NCBI GenBank assembly: GCA_016186625.1 | Contig: JACPLG010000008.1 | Coordinates: 147,142 to 211,141 of the forward strand | DNA from: Candidatus Levyibacteriota bacterium | GTDB lineage: Bacteria; Patescibacteriota; Microgenomatia; Levybacterales; UBA12049 | Length of the DNA: 64,000 nt | Direction: 5' to 3' | Shown here: positions 47,138-57,048 of the stretch, piece after piece | How positions within the stretch are numbered: position 1 is the first letter of the stretch | How the letters are laid out: each line of letters opens with the position of its first letter | The notes under the pieces: generated by a model | Seen by the model: only the letters and a program-made list of their open reading frames with translations | What the model was told of the DNA's origin: nothing | Database searches by the model: none | Translations under genes and position numbers: made by a program

Positions 47138-49402
47138 ATGCCTCAAGGAAATGTTGTTTGGTTTGATCAGGTAGACAAGGATGATGTTGGTTTAGTAGGT
47201 GGAAAAGGAGCTAATCTTGGCGAAATGACCAAAGCAGACTTTCCTGTTCCTCCCGGCTTCATTGTAACTTCCCATGCTTTCTTTGATTTTATTAAGGAAA
47301 ACAATCTTGAGCGGAAAATAAAGCATCTTTTAAATACACTTGACTTAAAAAATCCCCACTCTCTAAAACAAGTCTCGGAAATGATACAAAAGCTTATTGT
47401 TGCTTCCGACCTTTCAGATGAGCTAAAAAAGGGAATTTACCTTTCATATAAAACTTTGGGAGGAGTGCTTAAAGACCCTCTTGTTGCCGTTCGCTCCTCC
47501 GCAACAGCCGAAGATTTACCAAATGCTTCCTTTGCCGGACAGCAGGAAACTTTCTTAAACGTAAGAGGAGAAGCAAATTTAATTATTAAAATTAAAGAAT
47601 GCTGGGCGTCTTTGTATGAAGAGCGGGCAATTTTCTATAGGCACGAAAATAAATACGACAACATTAAAATCGGGATTGCTGTACCTGTGCAAAAAATGGT
47701 GGAATCGGAAAAGTCAGGCGTTATGTTTACAATTGATCCTGTTACCAATGACAAAACAAAAATAATAATAGAAGCAGTTTATGGCCTCGGAGAAATGATC
47801 GTTCAAGGAATCGTAAAACCAGACCATTATGAAGTAAACAAGTCAACAGATAAAATAATTCTTAAGGAAGTATCTTCTCAGGACAAAATGCTTAAGAAAG
47901 CAGGAGGAACAAATAAAGTTGTTAATGTTTCATTTTTGTCGAGAAGGAAACAAAAAATTTCAGACTCGGAAATCTTGGAACTTTATAAACTCGGTAAAAA
48001 ACTGGAAAGACACTATTACTTCCCCCAAGATGTGGAGTGGGCAATTGAAAATGGTACTGTTTATCTTGTGCAAACAAGACCCATCACGACAATAAGACCT
48101 AAAAAGGAAACGCAAAAAACTGAAAAAGTAAGCTTTGGAGAACTTATATTAAAAGGAGACGGTGCGAGCCCCGGAATTGTTACGGGTCACGTAAGAATTA
48201 TAAAAAACGCTTCGCAAATTGGAAGTGTTGAACCGGGAGAAGTTCTTGTTGCGCCCCAGACAAATCCAGACTACGTTCCTGCCATGAAAAAAGCATCGGC
48301 AATAGTCACCGATTCGGGAGGCAGAACTTCCCATGCAGCGATTGTTTCAAGAGAACTTGGAATTCCGGCAGTAGTAGGAGCGCAAACGGCTACAAAAGCA
48401 CTTAAGAACGGTGAGGTTATTACGGTTAACGGCGAAACAGGAGAAATTTTTAAAGGCGGAGACCTCACGCTCTCAACCCGGGCCGGCGAAACCTTTCCGG
48501 AAGAGGAGGAAATAAAAACAGCAACAAAAGTTTATATGAATCTTGCGGAGCCGGAGCTTGCATTAAAACAATCGCAAAGAAAAGCTGACGGCGTAGGACT
48601 TCTCCGAGCCGAGTTTATGATGGCAGGTATCGGAACCCACCCTAAAAAAATGATAAGAGACGGAAAAAAAAGCGTTTTCGTACGAGAGCTTGCGCAAAAC
48701 CTCGAAAAATTCTGCGATGCGTTTAGTCCCCGACCAGTTGTATATAGAGCTTCCGATTTTAAAACCAATGAATACAGAAATCTTACCGGAGGGAAAGAAT
48801 TTGAGCCCGTTGAGCCAAATCCAATGCTGGGATACAGGGGTGCTTTCCGCTACATTCACGACCCGAAAGTCTTTGAAATGGAACTAGATGCCATAAAGTA
48901 CGTCAGAAATAAAAAGGGTTTTAAAAATTTGTGGCTGATGGTGCCATTTGTCAGGAGTCCGAAAGAGCTCGTTGGTGTGCGGAAAATAATTTCTGAGTCT
49001 GGTCTTATCCGTTCTTCCACTTTTAAACTCTGGATGATGGTTGAAATTCCAAGTAACGTTATAATTCTTGAAAAATTTATTGAAGTTGGAATTGACGGAG
49101 TTTCAATAGGTACTAATGATTTAACAATGCTCATACTTGGAACCGATAGAGATAACAGTGAAGTTGCTCACGAGTTTGACGAAAGAGATGAGGCTGTTCT
49201 TTGGGCAGTTGAACGGACGATTAAAACCGCCGGAAAAATGGGCGTTACATCCTCGATATGCGGACAGGCTGCATCGTATCCAGAAATCTTAGAAACTGCA
49301 ATCAGGTCTGGCGTAACAAGCGTTTCAGTCAGCCCCGATTTGGTTGGTGCGGTTAGGAAGATCATTGCCGAAAAGGAAGAAAGAATATTTGAAAAACACT
49401 AA
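47138..49402 (+). CDS. ppsA: Phosphoenolpyruvate synthase (PEP-utilising enzyme family)
   Basis: N-terminal ATP-grasp. Phosphohistidine domain GGRTSHAAIVSRELGIPAVVG. C-terminal PEP-binding TIM barrel. Confidence 0.85.
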   Translation: MPQGNVVWFDQVDKDDVGLVGGKGANLGEMTKADFPVPPGFIVTSHAFFDFIKENNLERKIKHLLNTLDLKNPHSLKQVSEMIQKLIVASDLSDELKKGIYLSYKTLGGVLKDPLVAVRSSATAEDLPNASFAGQQETFLNVRGEANLIIKIKECWASLYEERAIFYRHENKYDNIKIGIAVPVQKMVESEKSGVMFTIDPVTNDKTKIIIEAVYGLGEMIVQGIVKPDHYEVNKSTDKIILKEVSSQDKMLKKAGGTNKVVNVSFLSRRKQKISDSEILELYKLGKKLERHYYFPQDVEWAIENGTVYLVQTRPITTIRPKKETQKTEKVSFGELILKGDGASPGIVTGHVRIIKNASQIGSVEPGEVLVAPQTNPDYVPAMKKASAIVTDSGGRTSHAAIVSRELGIPAVVGAQTATKALKNGEVITVNGETGEIFKGGDLTLSTRAGETFPEEEEIKTATKVYMNLAEPELALKQSQRKADGVGLLRAEFMMAGIGTHPKKMIRDGKKSVFVRELAQNLEKFCDAFSPRPVVYRASDFKTNEYRNLTGGKEFEPVEPNPMLGYRGAFRYIHDPKVFEMELDAIKYVRNKKGFKNLWLMVPFVRSPKELVGVRKIISESGLIRSSTFKLWMMVEIPSNVIILEKFIEVGIDGVSIGTNDLTMLILGTDRDNSEVAHEFDERDEAVLWAVERTIKTAGKMGVTSSICGQAASYPEILETAIRSGVTSVSVSPDLVGAVRKIIAEKEERIFEKH

Positions 49403-50664
49403 TGAAAATCAAACAAATTTTCGCCCGAGAAATATTAAATTCTAAAGGTTTTCCTACAGTTGAGACAACTGTAATTCTTGAAAATGGGATTTCCGAAACC
49501 TCATCCTGCCCAACCGGCACATCTGTTAGTAAATATGAAGCAGTTGAGCTTCGTGACAATGATCCGCAAAGATTTAACGGCTTTGGAGTTTTAAAAGCTG
49601 TTAATAATGTTTTAAACGTCATTGCGCCAAAACTTATTGGAAAAGATGTAGAAAACCAAGCAGAAATTGACAATACGCTAATAAGTCTTGATAGTAGTTC
49701 ACAAAAATCAAATCTAGGTGCAAATTCAATACTTCCTGTATCTATGGCCGTAGCTAAAACTGCAGCAAAAAATTTAAACATGCCCTTATTTGCATATCTG
49801 AGACATTATACGAGCCTTAGTAACGCTCAATTTAAGATTCCCACCCCAGCATTTAATATTATAAACGGCGGAAAACACGCAGGAAATAATCTTGATTTTC
49901 AGGAATTTTTGCTCATTCCCGCATCATCAATTCCCTATCAGGATGCTCTAAACATGGTTGTTACGATTTACCACTATCTTAAAAAAAGCTTAAAGGATAA
50001 AGGGGCTTCGACTCTTGTTGGAGATGAAGGAGGATTTGGTCCTAGCCTTAGAACAAATAGGGATGCTTTGATAATGTTAAGTGAGGCCATTGGAGAAACC
50101 GGCTATAGAATTTCCTATGATGTTTTTCTTGGAATTGATGCATCGGCAAATAATTTTCGGCAGGATGGAGCTTATATTATTAAAGACAAGGAAGGAAACT
50201 TAACATCAGAGGAACTAATAACAGTATACGAAGGGTTAAATGAAGAATATAACCTTTTCTATCTTGAAGATCCTCTTTCAGAAGATGACTGGGACGGTTG
50301 GGAAAAATTAAATAATGTCATTTCAAAAAATACGGTTATTATTGGAGACGACTTAATTGCAACCAATTTCAACAGGCTTCAAACCGCAATTAGCAAAAAT
50401 GCAATAGGTGGAGTAATCATAAAACCAAATCAGATTGGGACAGTTATAGAAGCACTGGCAGTAGTTGAGGCTGCAAGGCAATATGGACTTAAAATTATAG
50501 TATCTCATAGGTCTGGAGAAACAAATGATGATTTTATTGCGGACTTTGCTGTAGGGGTTGGTGCCGATTACGCTAAGTTGGGAGCGCCAACAAGAGGTGA
50601 GCGTGTTGCAAAATACAACAGACTTTTGGAAATTGAAAACCTAATCAGAGGATCTTCGGGCTAA
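49402..50664 (+). CDS. eno: Enolase
   Basis: SHRSGETND, IKPNQIGT and GAPTRGERVAKYN signatures. Confidence 0.95.
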   Translation: MKIKQIFAREILNSKGFPTVETTVILENGISETSSCPTGTSVSKYEAVELRDNDPQRFNGFGVLKAVNNVLNVIAPKLIGKDVENQAEIDNTLISLDSSSQKSNLGANSILPVSMAVAKTAAKNLNMPLFAYLRHYTSLSNAQFKIPTPAFNIINGGKHAGNNLDFQEFLLIPASSIPYQDALNMVVTIYHYLKKSLKDKGASTLVGDEGGFGPSLRTNRDALIMLSEAIGETGYRISYDVFLGIDASANNFRQDGAYIIKDKEGNLTSEELITVYEGLNEEYNLFYLEDPLSEDDWDGWEKLNNVISKNTVIIGDDLIATNFNRLQTAISKNAIGGVIIKPNQIGTVIEALAVVEAARQYGLKIIVSHRSGETNDDFIADFAVGVGADYAKLGAPTRGERVAKYNRLLEIENLIRGSSG

Positions 50665-51340
50665 ATAAGATAACAAATTCTCCGCGGACAGCTTCAGTTT
50701 CGTATTTTTTCTTCAAGTTTTCAACATTATCATTTATTCTTTCTTCATGAATTTTGGTAAGCTCTCGCATTAGAGTTATTTCCAAATTGCCAAAAACTTC
50801 CTGCAAGCTTTTTAAAGTTTTGACAAGTTTGTGAGGGGCTTCATAAATAACTGCTGTTGCCTCCAAGTTACTGTTTGCTTCTTTAAGATTCCTAAGTAGC
50901 TTAAGCCTTTTCCCCTCTTTTTTTGGTAAAAATCCTAAAAAAATAAATTTGTCGGTTGGAAGCCCTGAAGAGACTAGAGCTGACACCACGGCTGAAGGGC
51001 CAGGAATAGAAATGACATTAATTCCCTCTTCCAATGCTAAGCGAACAAGCCTAAAACCCGGATCGGAAATTCCCGGCGTCCCGGAATCAGAGATAAGAGC
51101 TAGGTCTTGCCCGTTTTTTAAAATATTTAAAATATTAGGAATTCTTGCCATTTCTACCTGCTCATAGTAAGAAACTAGCATATGGTGATTCTCAATTCCT
51201 AAACTTTTTAGAAGCGTGCCGGTCTTTCTTGTGTCCTCACAGGCGATGTAGTTCACCTTTTTCAAAATATTGATTGCTCGCAATGTTATGTCTTGCAAGT
51301 TTCCAATAGGCGTTGCTACAATGAAAAGAGTGCCAAACAT
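50645..51340 (-). CDS. rsmI: 16S rRNA (cytidine1402-2'-O)-methyltransferase RsmI (tetrapyrrole methylase fold)
   Basis: LFIVATPIGNLQDITLRAINILKKVNYIACEDTRKT. Confidence 0.85.
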   Translation of the reverse strand: MFGTLFIVATPIGNLQDITLRAINILKKVNYIACEDTRKTGTLLKSLGIENHHMLVSYYEQVEMARIPNILNILKNGQDLALISDSGTPGISDPGFRLVRLALEEGINVISIPGPSAVVSALVSSGLPTDKFIFLGFLPKKEGKRLKLLRNLKEANSNLEATAVIYEAPHKLVKTLKSLQEVFGNLEITLMRELTKIHEERINDNVENLKKKYETEAVRGEFVILFSPKIL

Positions 51341-51389
51341 GGTTATAATGATTGAATTGTTAAATGGTCTTTAGCCATTTTTTTCTTTT

Positions 51390-52028
51390 ATGCATCAAAT
51401 TGTTGAAATTCTAACAAGCTTAATTATACAGTTTATAGAAGGGACTGGCTACATGGGTATTTTTATCCTAATGACCTTGGAATCCGCTCTTATACCGCTT
51501 CCCTCGGAAATTACAATGCCTTTTTCTGGATTTCTTGTACAGCAGGGCAAACTCAATTTTTGGCTAGTTGTTTTGGCTGGTACATTTGGTAATCTGGTCG
51601 GTTCTTTAATTGCTTATGGAATTGGTTATTATCTTGAAGAACATGTAATTTTAAAGTGGATTAGAAAATGGGGCAAGCTCCTACTTCTTACAGAACATGA
51701 ATATGAGAGATCGCTTAGGTGGCTTAGAAAATACGGAGATGCTGTTGCTTTTTTCTCAAGACTACTTCCTGCTATTAGAACATTTATTTCCCTCCCAGCA
51801 GGTCTTTCAGAGATGAATGTTTGGAAATTTTCTTTCTATACATTTGTTGGTTCGCTCCTTTGGTCAATTGCCCTAACCTACATTGGTGTACGCTTCGGTT
51901 CCCAATGGGATAAGCTAGAGCCTTACTTCAGACAGTTCCAGATAGCGTTAGGAGCAATATTCGTAATCGGCCTACTCTGGTACATCAACCACAAGTTGAA
52001 GATCATCAAACTTCCAAAAATTCGCTAG
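51390..52028 (+). CDS. DedA/SNARE-associated family membrane protein
   Basis: …LPSEITMPFSGFLVQQGKLNFWLVVLAGTFGNLVGSLIAYGIGYY… DedA core. Confidence 0.8.
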   Translation: MHQIVEILTSLIIQFIEGTGYMGIFILMTLESALIPLPSEITMPFSGFLVQQGKLNFWLVVLAGTFGNLVGSLIAYGIGYYLEEHVILKWIRKWGKLLLLTEHEYERSLRWLRKYGDAVAFFSRLLPAIRTFISLPAGLSEMNVWKFSFYTFVGSLLWSIALTYIGVRFGSQWDKLEPYFRQFQIALGAIFVIGLLWYINHKLKIIKLPKIR

Positions 52029-52660
52029 TATGATTTGAAGCGGCGGACTATTCCTACAGCTATTCCTTGGATTTTGATCTGACTCGGATAAATTGGCTCC
52101 ATACTCGAATTAGCAGGCCTAAGTATTACCCTGTCCCCTTCTTTATAGAATTTCTTAAGAGTTGAAAGGCTGTCATCAACTAGGGCAACTACTATGTCCC
52201 CGTTGTTGGCTACATCTGATTTTTCAATCACCACAAAATCTCCATCCAATATCCCTTCTTCAATCATGGAGTCTCCTTTTACCTGAAGAACGTATGCTGT
52301 TTTTTTGCCGGATATCATAGAAGCTGAAATTTGAAATGTGGCATTTGGGTCTGTGTGAGGTTCAAGCGGTTTTCCTGCAGCAATAAACCCCATTAGCGGA
52401 AGCTCAATTGAAGGAGGTTGTCCTATTAATCCTTGAGCAGCTTTTTCATCAATAATTTTTAAAACCCTAGTATTTCCTTCAACTTTCTGGACATAACCTT
52501 TTTCAACAAGAGCTCTTATTATAGAGTGGACTGTTGAATTACTTTTGTGTCCCGTTGCATTGGAAATTTCCGAAAGAGTTGGAGAATATCCGTGAGTTTT
52601 TTGGAACTGAGCCAAAAACTCCAAAACATCCCTTTCTTTTCTATATAGTACTCCTGGCAT
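52025..52660 (-). CDS. lexA: LexA repressor (wHTH plus S24 autopeptidase)
   Basis: N-terminal wHTH (LSEISNATGHKSNSTVHSIIRALVEKGYV). Cleavage-site AAG. S24 Ser/Lys (GDSM…K). Confidence 0.85.
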   Translation of the reverse strand: MPGVLYRKERDVLEFLAQFQKTHGYSPTLSEISNATGHKSNSTVHSIIRALVEKGYVQKVEGNTRVLKIIDEKAAQGLIGQPPSIELPLMGFIAAGKPLEPHTDPNATFQISASMISGKKTAYVLQVKGDSMIEEGILDGDFVVIEKSDVANNGDIVVALVDDSLSTLKKFYKEGDRVILRPANSSMEPIYPSQIKIQGIAVGIVRRFKSY

Positions 52661-52968
52661 ATTTATTCACACTGAGCTAAGTCGAATGTGTGTATATTTT
52701 ATACGAAAAAAAATAGAATTTTGCAAGAGGACGTAATGAATCAATCTATGTCAATTTTATAATTTTGTCATGTGTGATAAAATTAATGTTCGTATTTCCT
52801 CTCTCGAATAAATATAAAATAGTAAATATTAAAAATATATATAAAAATCAAAATCAAAATCACCAAGCGTTCTAGGGAATATTTGATATTTACTATGTAT
52901 ATTTGCTATTTGCTTTTTAATATTTGAAATTAATGACGCTGACAAATAATAAGTAGTAACGATAATTA

Positions 52969-55005
52969 TTGTTTATGGATTTTAAACTCGTATCAGACTT
53001 TGCGCCTGCCGGTGATCAACCACAGGCAATTGAAAAACTTACCAAAAGCATTGAGTCGGAAAACAGGCACTCTGTCCTTCTTGGTGTTACCGGTAGTGGA
53101 AAAACGTTTACAATGGCAAATGTAATTCAAAATCTCCAGCGTCCAACTCTAATTATTTCTCACAACAAAACATTGGCAGCCCAACTTTATCAGGAGTTTA
53201 GAGACTTTTTTCCGCAAAATACGGTAAGCTATTTTGTTTCATATTACGATTATTACCAGCCCGAGGCATATATGCCAACAACTGACACATATATTGAAAA
53301 AGAATCAGAAGTAAATGAGGAGATTGACAAGCTTAGACTTCTTGCTACAACTTCCCTCCTGACAAGAAAAGACGTTATAGTTGTTGCCTCAGTTTCTTGC
53401 ATCTATAATATCGGTTCTCCTTTTGAGTACAGAAAATTTGTAGCCTTACTTGAGATTGGGACAGAAACTGACCAGAAAGACATGATGCTTAAGCTTGCTG
53501 ATCTTCAATACTCAAGAAACGATTACTCATTCCAGCGAGGAACTTTTCGCTCCCGTGGTGAGTCAATTGATGTCTTCCCGGCTTACATGGACAACGGAAT
53601 CAGAATTGATATAGCAAACAATAAAATAATAGGTCTTGAAGAGTTTGATCCACTTTTAGGAAAGACGGTAAGTAAACTTGACCATGCAGTAATTTATCCT
53701 GCCAAGCATTATATGACAGATCCCAGGACTTATGGTGATGTGTTCAAACATATCCGAGCCGATATGGAAAAGAGAGAAAAAGAACTTAAAAAAAAAGGTA
53801 AGCTTCTGGAAGCACAGAGGATAAGGCAGCGGACAACATATGATCTAGAAATGATTCAAGAGCTTGGATTTGTTAACGGTATTGAAAACTATTCAAGGTA
53901 TTTTGACGGTAGAAAGCCCGGAGAACCTCCCCACACTCTTCTTGATTATATGGAAGAATGTTCAAGTAAGTGGCTTTGTTTTATTGACGAATCTCATATG
54001 AGCCTTCCTCAGATTCGGGGAATGTATAACGGGGACAGAGCTAGAAAACAAATGCTAATCGATTATGGTTTTAGGTTACCTTCAGCGCTTGATAATAGAC
54101 CTTTGCGCTTTGATGAATTTATGCAGCGTACTCATCAAATGGTTTATGTTTCGGCAACACCCGATGAATATGAAATATCTCTTGCCACAGAAGCACGCCT
54201 GCCAGCGCCTGAGCGCAGCGATGGCGGGCAGGAAAAAAATGCAATAGTTGAGCAGTTGGTGCGCCCAACCGGCTTAGTTGACCCAACTATAACCGTTAAA
54301 CAAACAAAAGGGCAAATTGAAGATCTTATATCTGAAATTGGCAAGCGAGTTAAGAAACACCAAAGAGTTTTGGTTACAACGCTAACAAAACGTATGTCTG
54401 AGGATTTGGCAACTTATTTATCAGAACGGGGAATCTTGGTGTCTTACCTTCATTCTGATATAGAAACGCTAGAGCGCCAGGATGAGCTTGATCGGTTGCG
54501 CTCAGGAAAATACGATGTTTTAGTCGGAATTAACCTTCTTAGGGAAGGATTGGACCTTCCGGAAGTTTCTCTTGTTACTATTTTAGACGCTGATAAAGAA
54601 GGGTTTTTGAGAAGTAGAACTTCACTCATTCAGATTATGGGACGAGCCGCAAGAAATGTTGATTCAGAAGTCATAATGTATGCAGATAACATTACGGGAT
54701 CAATGAAAGAGGCAATTGCAGAGGTTGAAAGGAGAAGAAAAGTGCAACTTAAATATAATAAAAAGCATAAAATTACTCCTAAATCCATACAAAAAGCTAT
54801 CAGGGCAAGATTGGTTGAAGAGATAGAAGAAGACCAGAAATCTGCGGATTTTCTTTTAAGGCTGCAGGAAAAAGAAGTCTTAATGCCGGATGAGAAAGAA
54901 AGGCTGGTTAAGCAGCTTCGTCAGCAAATGCTCCAAGCTGCAAAAGAACTAGACTTCGAAACCGCAGCAATTTTAAGAGATCAAATTAAGGTCCTAAGGC
55001 AATAG
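52969..55005 (+). CDS. uvrB: Excinuclease ABC subunit B
   Basis: GVTGSGKTFTMANVI Walker A, helicase motifs, beta-hairpin and C-terminal UVR domain (…ETAAILRDQIKVLRQ). Confidence 0.95.
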   Translation: MFMDFKLVSDFAPAGDQPQAIEKLTKSIESENRHSVLLGVTGSGKTFTMANVIQNLQRPTLIISHNKTLAAQLYQEFRDFFPQNTVSYFVSYYDYYQPEAYMPTTDTYIEKESEVNEEIDKLRLLATTSLLTRKDVIVVASVSCIYNIGSPFEYRKFVALLEIGTETDQKDMMLKLADLQYSRNDYSFQRGTFRSRGESIDVFPAYMDNGIRIDIANNKIIGLEEFDPLLGKTVSKLDHAVIYPAKHYMTDPRTYGDVFKHIRADMEKREKELKKKGKLLEAQRIRQRTTYDLEMIQELGFVNGIENYSRYFDGRKPGEPPHTLLDYMEECSSKWLCFIDESHMSLPQIRGMYNGDRARKQMLIDYGFRLPSALDNRPLRFDEFMQRTHQMVYVSATPDEYEISLATEARLPAPERSDGGQEKNAIVEQLVRPTGLVDPTITVKQTKGQIEDLISEIGKRVKKHQRVLVTTLTKRMSEDLATYLSERGILVSYLHSDIETLERQDELDRLRSGKYDVLVGINLLREGLDLPEVSLVTILDADKEGFLRSRTSLIQIMGRAARNVDSEVIMYADNITGSMKEAIAEVERRRKVQLKYNKKHKITPKSIQKAIRARLVEEIEEDQKSADFLLRLQEKEVLMPDEKERLVKQLRQQMLQAAKELDFETAAILRDQIKVLRQ

Positions 55006-55048
55006 CTTTACACCCCGGGTGTGAATTTACCTTTACACCCTAGGGAGA
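55006..55048. repeat. REP-like family R copy 3 (TTTACACCCCGGGTGTGAATTTACCTTTACACCC) between the convergent uvrB and DUF763-like genes
   Basis: Read directly. It starts 1 nt after the uvrB stop. Confidence 0.5.
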
Positions 55049-55052
55049 CGAT

Positions 55053-56282
55053 TTATTTTAGGAGCCGATGCAAGGCCTTGTCTTTTTCGGATGGGGAGAT
55101 TTTGGATCTTCGAACTGCATGCTGGAGTATTCCAATTGTTTGATCATAAGTTGTGCGATCGATTGGATATGGAGTTACATCTTTACCCCCGTGGGCAAAA
55201 GAATAGCGGGCCGGATCTTGGTAAGATGGCTCTGCCCCATAAATTATTTCGCTAACTAAACTTAAAGCTCGAATTGTTTTTCCTCCGACTCCTTTTATAG
55301 AAAGTAAACTTTCAAAATCCTCTGGATTCTCATAAGTAACTCTTTGCAGAATCCTTTCAAGATATTTGCTTTTTGTGAAATCCTCCATCTCAACTGCATG
55401 ATGCTTAAACTCTACCCCATCAAACTCGGCAAATACAAACACTTGTTGCTGGTTTTTCAAGGCGTCCCCTTGAAAAGCTTGATATGGCGATGTTTTTAAT
55501 GCTATCATACGAGAGACTGCCCCCGAGTGTTTTCGAAGTAGCTCAATGTCTTTCATTAAAGTTTTATATCCTGATTCAACTAATTCAATTGAAATATCTT
55601 TATTCTTTTTACTCTTCTTATCAACTAAATTTCTGGTTGATTTCCTAAATAACTGAGATACAATTCCTTTGTGAGGTTCCTGCGTAAACTCAATATCGGC
55701 CGGATTATCACTATACCAGTGGTAACGGCGGGCAGTTGCATTCTGGGTATTCATTCCCTGTTGGACAACAGTCCAGGCGCCATTTTTACTAAAGAAAAAA
55801 GCGTGATGATAAAGAGTGTAATCGTCCTGAATTAGGGAACTATCTACCTTTGCAGACATTTTTGAGGAATAAACAAGGTTATTCGTTGTTTTTTCAGGCA
55901 AGCTCAAAACTCCTCCCCACTGCTCGATTTCGTCTGGAGTTTTTCTGCTAGTAGCTCCTTTTCCGCCAGCAATAAATACACCCAGTTCTAACTCTCTTCC
56001 GCGAATGGCCTCTTTTAAAGCTGCAGTTAAAATAGTCGTAAGACCTGAAGCATTCCAGTCAAACGCCAGGACTGTTCCCAAGGACTGAAACCACACCGGA
56101 TCAGCTACCCTTTTTATATATTCATCTGGCCCATACTCCTCAATTAAAACATCTGTCATGCTCCTGCCGAGCTTGACCATCCTCTCAAAGAGCCACGGAG
56201 GACATTTCCCAGCATCAAGTGTCATTGTTGCAATACCGCGTTTCATATTTTGGAAAAGAATATTTAAACTCTTCCTTCCCAC
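55053..56282 (-). CDS. Conserved hypothetical protein (DUF763-like)
   Basis: Family assignment is from memory of the DUF763 pattern (…DPVWFQSLGT…). The annotated GTG start lies inside palindrome P copy 4, and the real start may be Met13 (56244-56246). Confidence 0.3.
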   Translation of the reverse strand: MGRKSLNILFQNMKRGIATMTLDAGKCPPWLFERMVKLGRSMTDVLIEEYGPDEYIKRVADPVWFQSLGTVLAFDWNASGLTTILTAALKEAIRGRELELGVFIAGGKGATSRKTPDEIEQWGGVLSLPEKTTNNLVYSSKMSAKVDSSLIQDDYTLYHHAFFFSKNGAWTVVQQGMNTQNATARRYHWYSDNPADIEFTQEPHKGIVSQLFRKSTRNLVDKKSKKNKDISIELVESGYKTLMKDIELLRKHSGAVSRMIALKTSPYQAFQGDALKNQQQVFVFAEFDGVEFKHHAVEMEDFTKSKYLERILQRVTYENPEDFESLLSIKGVGGKTIRALSLVSEIIYGAEPSYQDPARYSFAHGGKDVTPYPIDRTTYDQTIGILQHAVRRSKISPSEKDKALHRLLK

Positions 56283-56296
56283 ATGTCAAGTGGGAA
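56276..56296. promoter_or_regulatory. Palindrome family P copy 4 (TTCCCAC-ATGTCAA-GTGGGAA); on the minus strand the spacer reads TTGACAT
   Basis: On the minus strand: TTGACA, a 17-nt spacer, TAAATA, then ATG (Met13 of the DUF763-like ORF) 14 nt later. Confidence 0.45.
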
Positions 56297-56308
56297 CGCA
56301 ATTTATAA

Positions 56309-56674
56309 TCAAAAACCGCTAATGTTCTCTACATGCTCTATGTTACTCGCATCTCCAGAATAATCAAGCAGAACCGAAATTGCGTCTATTCTTAGGGACT
56401 GCGGAAGTTTCGGATTTAGGACTTTATAAAACTGGGCAGTTTTGACAAGGGAATGTAGTTTAAAAGGCGTAATTTGTTCAAAGGGTGCTCCAAACTGATA
56501 TGACGTTCTGGTCTTCACTTCAACGAAAACCAAGGTCCGACCTTGAAGCGCGATAATGTCAATTTCTCCGTAACCTTTGCGGAAATTCCTGTCAATTATT
56601 TTATAACCTCGTTTCCGCAGAAACTGTACGGCTAACTCTTCACCCAATTTGGCAGTGGGATTAGAGATTTTCAT
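56309..56674 (-). CDS. YraN/UPF0102-family endonuclease
   Basis: GEELAVQFLRKRGYKIIDRNFRKGYGEIDIIA…VFVEVKTR. Confidence 0.75.
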   Translation of the reverse strand: MKISNPTAKLGEELAVQFLRKRGYKIIDRNFRKGYGEIDIIALQGRTLVFVEVKTRTSYQFGAPFEQITPFKLHSLVKTAQFYKVLNPKLPQSLRIDAISVLLDYSGDASNIEHVENISGF

Positions 56675-56678
56675 CTTT

Positions 56679-56969
56679 TTACGGATTAAGCCTTGGGGAT
56701 TTAAGAAAATTAAGTTTTGCCCGCCTTATGTTCATTTTTGGTTTTGCTTTAAAATCTACTTTATCTACATTCGGGTTTCCTACGTGCCAAATTCTCTCCA
56801 CCGCAACATCACCTACGTGTTTTTGAACAGTATAGCTTTTATTTTCTCCGCGTCCTCTTATTTGAAGAACCTGACCCTCAAAAATCTGCGTCCTTGTCTT
56901 TTCTCCCTCTTTAATTTTAGTGTGAACCTTAACAATATCCCCAACCTTGAAATTAATTGAATTTAACAT
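56679..56969 (-). CDS. rplS: 50S ribosomal protein L19
   Basis: …FKVGDIVKVHTKIKEGEKTRTQIFEGQVLQIRGRG…. Confidence 0.9.
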   Translation of the reverse strand: MLNSINFKVGDIVKVHTKIKEGEKTRTQIFEGQVLQIRGRGENKSYTVQKHVGDVAVERIWHVGNPNVDKVDFKAKPKMNIRRAKLNFLKSPRLNP

Positions 56970-57048
56970 AGCACCTAATTATAGCTGATAAAAATACTTT
57001 GTTCAATAATATTACCATTACGGGTATACTAGTATATCCGTAAAATCA

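Noticed and set aside
56649-56960. 103-aa plus-strand ORF
   Set aside because: It is fully overlapped by the well-supported rplS gene on the minus strand.
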